Virus record (IMG/VR): IMGVR_UViG_3300028549_001428 | Origin: a virus | Lineage: Duplodnaviria > Heunggongvirae > Uroviricota > Caudoviricetes | DNA: 64,000 nucleotides | Strand: one strand, 5' to 3' | In this document: in pieces, positions 59,771 through 64,000 of the stretch | Layout: each line of letters starts with the position of its first letter | How positions within the stretch are numbered: position 1 is the first letter of the stretch | Notes under the pieces: generated by a model | The model's input: the letters and a program-made list of their open reading frames with translations, nothing else | Databases searched by the model: none | Told to the model about the DNA's origin: nothing | Position numbers and translations under genes: made by a program

Positions 59771-61551
59771 TGGCTGGATCATATTTACCAAATCAAATTG
59801 CAGTAACGCAAGACTTTGCACCTGGCTATGGCGTTGTTCTCGATCCACAACCTGGACAGGTTGCTCGTGACGAGAGTGGTGCGCTTTATTCCCGTGGACA
59901 GATTCTCACAGATGAAGGTGGATATCGTGCCAACTTCGCAAACTCGTCTTTAGCTTCATCTATCGGCACTGCTACCTTTACCAATGGTAGTACCACTGTC
60001 GCATGGACTTATGCAGACACTTATGATATTCATACTGGGGACAAAGTTTTTCTTGATGCTGATACAATCACCAATGGTAAAACAATTGCTGCTATATACA
60101 CTGATTCTATCGAACTGGATGATGCATATACAGGCACGGGTGGAACTGGTGCTTCATCAAGACAAGTCCTGACATCCAAGGTTGGTGCTGGTGGAACTAT
60201 TACAGTGGCTAACGGTACAGCTATTATCAATGCTGGTACAACTGCTGGTTCTGTGTTTGAACTTGAACGTGATGTTGACTATTTACCGTTGAAGAAGATG
60301 AGTGGTATTACTATATCACAGCGCATTGCCAACCAGACTATATATCTCGGTTACTACAATGAACTATATACACCCACCAACACCTTTGCTCGTTTTGAAT
60401 TTACTGGTACTGATGCCACTGTTGTAAATTGTGTAACTGGTCGTAACCCAACACAAGCACCTTCTGCTTCCGAGCAAGAATCATTCACTGTAAAAATTCC
60501 TAATGGTGGTACAACTGCTGTATCAAATCGTTATGAAGTAACTATCCAAAAAAATAAGGTTAGCTTCTGGATCAATGGTATCCGTGTAGCACAGTGCTTC
60601 AGAGTATGCCCTAGAGCACATGATGTTTTAACATCTACTATCCAAGTCGTAAATGGTACTACCCCTGCTACTTCTACTGTTGTTACTGTTGGCTATGATG
60701 CGTGTATCAACGAGAACTCTATATCTATTGACTACTTCTCCCAAGATACAGAAGCTCAAGCACCAAATGTTCCGATGACTAACTACCCATTCTCACAGGC
60801 TGGTATCATCGCCATCAACACTGATCTGATTCTTATCGACTGTACCCAGTTCCGTACATTGATTATTCAGTGTACTTCTATGGGTGCTAGTGGCGTGTGT
60901 ACTCCATACTTTAGTTCTGATGATGGCACTACGTATGTTGCTGGTTCAATGTCAACACAAGCAGGTGCTGTTGCCACTACTTTCAATGCTGCTGGTTCAT
61001 GGGTCATTCCCGTAACTGGTCGTCTATTCCGTCTCCGCTTGACCACTGCTACTACTTCAGGAACAACTACCATCCGTGTACAGGGAATGCACCAGAATGG
61101 ATTACAACCAGTGTCTGTTCTTGGCACTGTTCCTGTTTCATTTACACAAGCGGCTCTACCAGCATCAACAAACTTAATTGGTGATGTTGGTATTCAATAT
61201 CGAGCAAATGCTACAGGTCAAGCAAGTATTCATCACAAAATTGCAGCAGGTTCTACTAATGCTACTAATGTGAAAGCATCGGCTGGTCGTGTAGTAGGTT
61301 GGTCTGCAATCAATACAACCGCATCATTTAGATATATTAAATTACATAATACAGCAGGTACACCAACAGCAGGTTCAGGTGTTGTATTAACTATAGCAAT
61401 ACCACCAAATTCCGTTAATAATATGCCATTAGGTGGGGGTGGTCTTGGCTTTGCAACTGGTATTGCATACACAATGGTAACTGGAGTTGCTGATGCTGAT
61501 ACTGCTGCTGTTACTGCTAGTGATATTGTATTCGATTTATTCTGGCTATAA
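59770..61551 (+). CDS. Fibre/receptor-binding-like protein
   Basis: TAATG-coupled start MAGSY; Thr/Gly/Ala-rich; C-terminal NATNVKASAG...YIKLHN...P domain. Confidence 0.7.
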   Translation: MAGSYLPNQIAVTQDFAPGYGVVLDPQPGQVARDESGALYSRGQILTDEGGYRANFANSSLASSIGTATFTNGSTTVAWTYADTYDIHTGDKVFLDADTITNGKTIAAIYTDSIELDDAYTGTGGTGASSRQVLTSKVGAGGTITVANGTAIINAGTTAGSVFELERDVDYLPLKKMSGITISQRIANQTIYLGYYNELYTPTNTFARFEFTGTDATVVNCVTGRNPTQAPSASEQESFTVKIPNGGTTAVSNRYEVTIQKNKVSFWINGIRVAQCFRVCPRAHDVLTSTIQVVNGTTPATSTVVTVGYDACINENSISIDYFSQDTEAQAPNVPMTNYPFSQAGIIAINTDLILIDCTQFRTLIIQCTSMGASGVCTPYFSSDDGTTYVAGSMSTQAGAVATTFNAAGSWVIPVTGRLFRLRLTTATTSGTTTIRVQGMHQNGLQPVSVLGTVPVSFTQAALPASTNLIGDVGIQYRANATGQASIHHKIAAGSTNATNVKASAGRVVGWSAINTTASFRYIKLHNTAGTPTAGSGVVLTIAIPPNSVNNMPLGGGGLGFATGIAYTMVTGVADADTAAVTASDIVFDLFWL

Positions 61552-61591
61552 TGGATCTTTATAAACTACTTACATAATACTGGTATAAAAA

Positions 61592-64000
61592 ATGAAGCAT
61601 GGACATATTGAATTTAACACAACGACAAATACACCTATTGAGGTAGGTGGACTTGGTTTTAATGCTAGTAGTAATTCACTTGCATATAAACCAGTAACGC
61701 CTAATAGTGATGTTACCATTAATATTGGATTTGAAAATGTTATAAATGTGTATAATGGTACTGGATCAACTATATTAAATGGACAAGTATTGCATATAAA
61801 CGGCAGTATATTAGTTGGTACTGAATATTATGCAAATGTAGCGTTAGCAAGTGCTGATAAAGCCGATGGCGATTTATATGTTATTAGTTGTGTAGCAACG
61901 CATGATATAGCATCAAGTGCAGTAGGAATAGGCACAGCATTTGGTGATATACATGATTTAAATTTGAGCGCATTTAGTATTGGAGATCATGTATATCTAT
62001 CTGATGTCACTCCAGGTGGTTATATTCTATATGAAAATCTAGGACCAACATCCAGAACATGTTTTATAGGAACCGTATTATCAAATAGTGCAACTACAGG
62101 TGTTCTAAAATTAGAAATTAGATCGGAATTACCTAGTTCAACATTAACTCAATTAGAATCAAATATATTATCAGGTAATAATGCATCAACAGGTATATTT
62201 CAATGGGATTCTCCTTGGATATCAATAGTTGATTCTACTCATTTTAGCATAGCACCATGTAAAGGATGGATTATTGATAATACAACAGATCCACTTGCAC
62301 CCACTATCACATATGTTGAATGTACAGGTGTTTCTGATGTAGTACCTGCATATTTAACCACGGCAATTAGTACATATATTCTAGTAAATTCCACAGGTAC
62401 TGTTATATATCAATCGACCTTTCCTGCACCAGTAGATAGACGAGACAATATATATCTAGGTCGTGTTGTACATCCAAATCTTTCAACAATACAAAATGTA
62501 ACAAGTTCTCCAGATATAGAAATATCTCCATTATCACAAGTTCGTGATATGTTCTCCGCTATTAAATTCATAAATAACGGAATATTAGTTTCATATAGAA
62601 CTACTGATTTATCAATTAAAACAAGTGAAGGTTCATTATTTGGTCTTGGGTTTAATTGGAAAAATAATAAAAAAAGCCCAAGCAAAAGCGATATAACAGC
62701 ACAAGACCCAGCGACATTCCAATATAGAACACAAACTGGAGCAGTGGCAACTGGAAATAGAACATTACTTGATGTGACTAATTATGATCTAAATGGAACC
62801 GTTACGGCTATATCAGGAACTAAAGCAACTAACCAGCGTGTATTTATGAATAGCGATGGTCTAATTCATATTCAATATGGACAAACTACATATTCAAATC
62901 TTGTAAGTGCATTATCAAATGTACAAACTGAAGTATTCAATACAGCACAAACCATATCAGAAAACCTACATTTAATTGGCATTATAGCAGTAATGAGCAA
63001 TGCAACTGATTTAAGTGATGCATCAAATGCTACATTTGTTCCTGTATCTAAATTCGGTGAAAATCTAGGTGGTGCCGCAGGTGCCACAACCACAACGTTA
63101 CAGCAAGCATATAATAATAGTATAACACCAGAGATTTTAACAAATGCAACATTAGGCGCATTAACTGTAAAAAGAGGTAGTGCTTTAGATTCGGATAATG
63201 TATTTGAAGTACAAAACGGTATTGGTTCTGTTACTGCAAGTATTGACGGTAACGGAAATATTACAGGTAATTTAGTACAATTACAAGCACAAAATAATGT
63301 CACATTGGAGAATACTGGGTTTAGATATCCTGAATTAACGACAATAACAGGTAATGGGGATAGAACTATTACATTAGGTGGTGGTGCATCCGTTCAAGCA
63401 TATTGGAGAGGTATTATAGTACCTGCTTTGGTAAGTGGATATACTAGCACAGCGCATGGAACCGACACTACAAAACTATATTATCTATATTATGATGGTG
63501 CAACAATATCATGGTATACTGATGTATGGACATTTGATAAATTACAAATATGTTTAGCTAAATACGATCCAACAAATGCAACGTGGTATTATTTTAGAGA
63601 ATGTCATGGATTAATGCAGTGGCAAGCACATGAAGAATTTCATAAAACAATTGGAACATTTAAGCAATCAGGCGGTACTATACCTAGTGCTAGTTACGTG
63701 CTATCATCTACAGTTGCTACTGAACGTAGAATTGACATTGATGCAACAGTTATATCCGATGAAGATTTACCTACCACTAACTCAGCATTAACAACTAAAT
63801 CATATACACAATTTAGATTAACTGGAGCAGAAGTTCCTGTTTATACATTAGCATCGGCTGATATAGTTTCATTATCAACCAACCAGCCATATTATAATTC
63901 ATTCTCTACGCCAAATTGGGGACAAACATTAATGCCAACCAATGCGGTTGCTAGTGTTTGGATATACGCACAACCAGTGGCATCTGACGCTACTTCACAG
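61592..64000 (+). CDS. Large fibre-like structural protein, 3'-partial (MKHGHIEFNTTT...)
   Basis: ATG 61592 after TATAAACTA (61560-61568); frame appears open to the window end; absent from the ORF track. Confidence 0.75.
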   Translation, partial: MKHGHIEFNTTTNTPIEVGGLGFNASSNSLAYKPVTPNSDVTINIGFENVINVYNGTGSTILNGQVLHINGSILVGTEYYANVALASADKADGDLYVISCVATHDIASSAVGIGTAFGDIHDLNLSAFSIGDHVYLSDVTPGGYILYENLGPTSRTCFIGTVLSNSATTGVLKLEIRSELPSSTLTQLESNILSGNNASTGIFQWDSPWISIVDSTHFSIAPCKGWIIDNTTDPLAPTITYVECTGVSDVVPAYLTTAISTYILVNSTGTVIYQSTFPAPVDRRDNIYLGRVVHPNLSTIQNVTSSPDIEISPLSQVRDMFSAIKFINNGILVSYRTTDLSIKTSEGSLFGLGFNWKNNKKSPSKSDITAQDPATFQYRTQTGAVATGNRTLLDVTNYDLNGTVTAISGTKATNQRVFMNSDGLIHIQYGQTTYSNLVSALSNVQTEVFNTAQTISENLHLIGIIAVMSNATDLSDASNATFVPVSKFGENLGGAAGATTTTLQQAYNNSITPEILTNATLGALTVKRGSALDSDNVFEVQNGIGSVTASIDGNGNITGNLVQLQAQNNVTLENTGFRYPELTTITGNGDRTITLGGGASVQAYWRGIIVPALVSGYTSTAHGTDTTKLYYLYYDGATISWYTDVWTFDKLQICLAKYDPTNATWYYFRECHGLMQWQAHEEFHKTIGTFKQSGGTIPSASYVLSSTVATERRIDIDATVISDEDLPTTNSALTTKSYTQFRLTGAEVPVYTLASADIVSLSTNQPYYNSFSTPNWGQTLMPTNAVASVWIYAQPVASDATSQ

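Noticed and set aside
956-63303. Many short opposite-strand or alternate-frame ORFs in the track (e.g. 5523-5912, 6764-7180, 7114-7635, 21845-22243, 62872-63303)
   Set aside because: Nested within well-supported genes, no RBS or motifs; shadow ORFs
1-64000. Genome-wide TAG or TGA reassignment (code 15/4/25)
   Set aside because: Multi-kb late genes are uninterrupted in code 11, and TGA and TAG both end ordinary genes (e.g. 14936, 13342 before a terminator)
1-64000. CRISPR array or diversity-generating retroelement
   Set aside because: No regularly spaced repeats, no reverse transcriptase, and no TR/VR pair seen by eye; repeats found are coding (collagen, acidic duplication)

Overview
AT-rich, densely coding segment of a T4-like jumbo (myo)phage genome. 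1-20 kb is an early/accessory region with sigma70-type TTGACA-N16/17-TATATT promoters. It holds DHFR, a sigma-70-family factor, NAD-dependent DNA ligase, vWA protein, RNA ligase, HD, metallopeptidase, HAD and metallophosphoesterase genes, and an Hsp20 with a sigma54-type promoter. 20-64 kb is a late structural region: tail fibre/spike-like proteins, gp6/gp7-like baseplate, gp14/gp15-like neck and tail terminator, and two glycosyltransferases. It is marked by a recurring TATAAACTA motif and carries a solo tnpB element plus an apparent orphan omegaRNA. The most striking feature lies at 366-1564 and is missed by the ORF track. A promoter drives a tiny leader ORF (M-M-amber-V-F-N-N-R-P-P-stop) whose last codons base-pair with the Shine-Dalgarno of the next gene. 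That gene has an in-frame UGA at codon 33 followed by a small hairpin. An amber-suppressor tRNA (CUA) with its own promoter lies ~1 kb downstream. Together this looks like a stop-codon-readthrough-sensing translational switch in a genome that otherwise reads in the standard code. All family calls are from motif recognition by eye; no searches were run.
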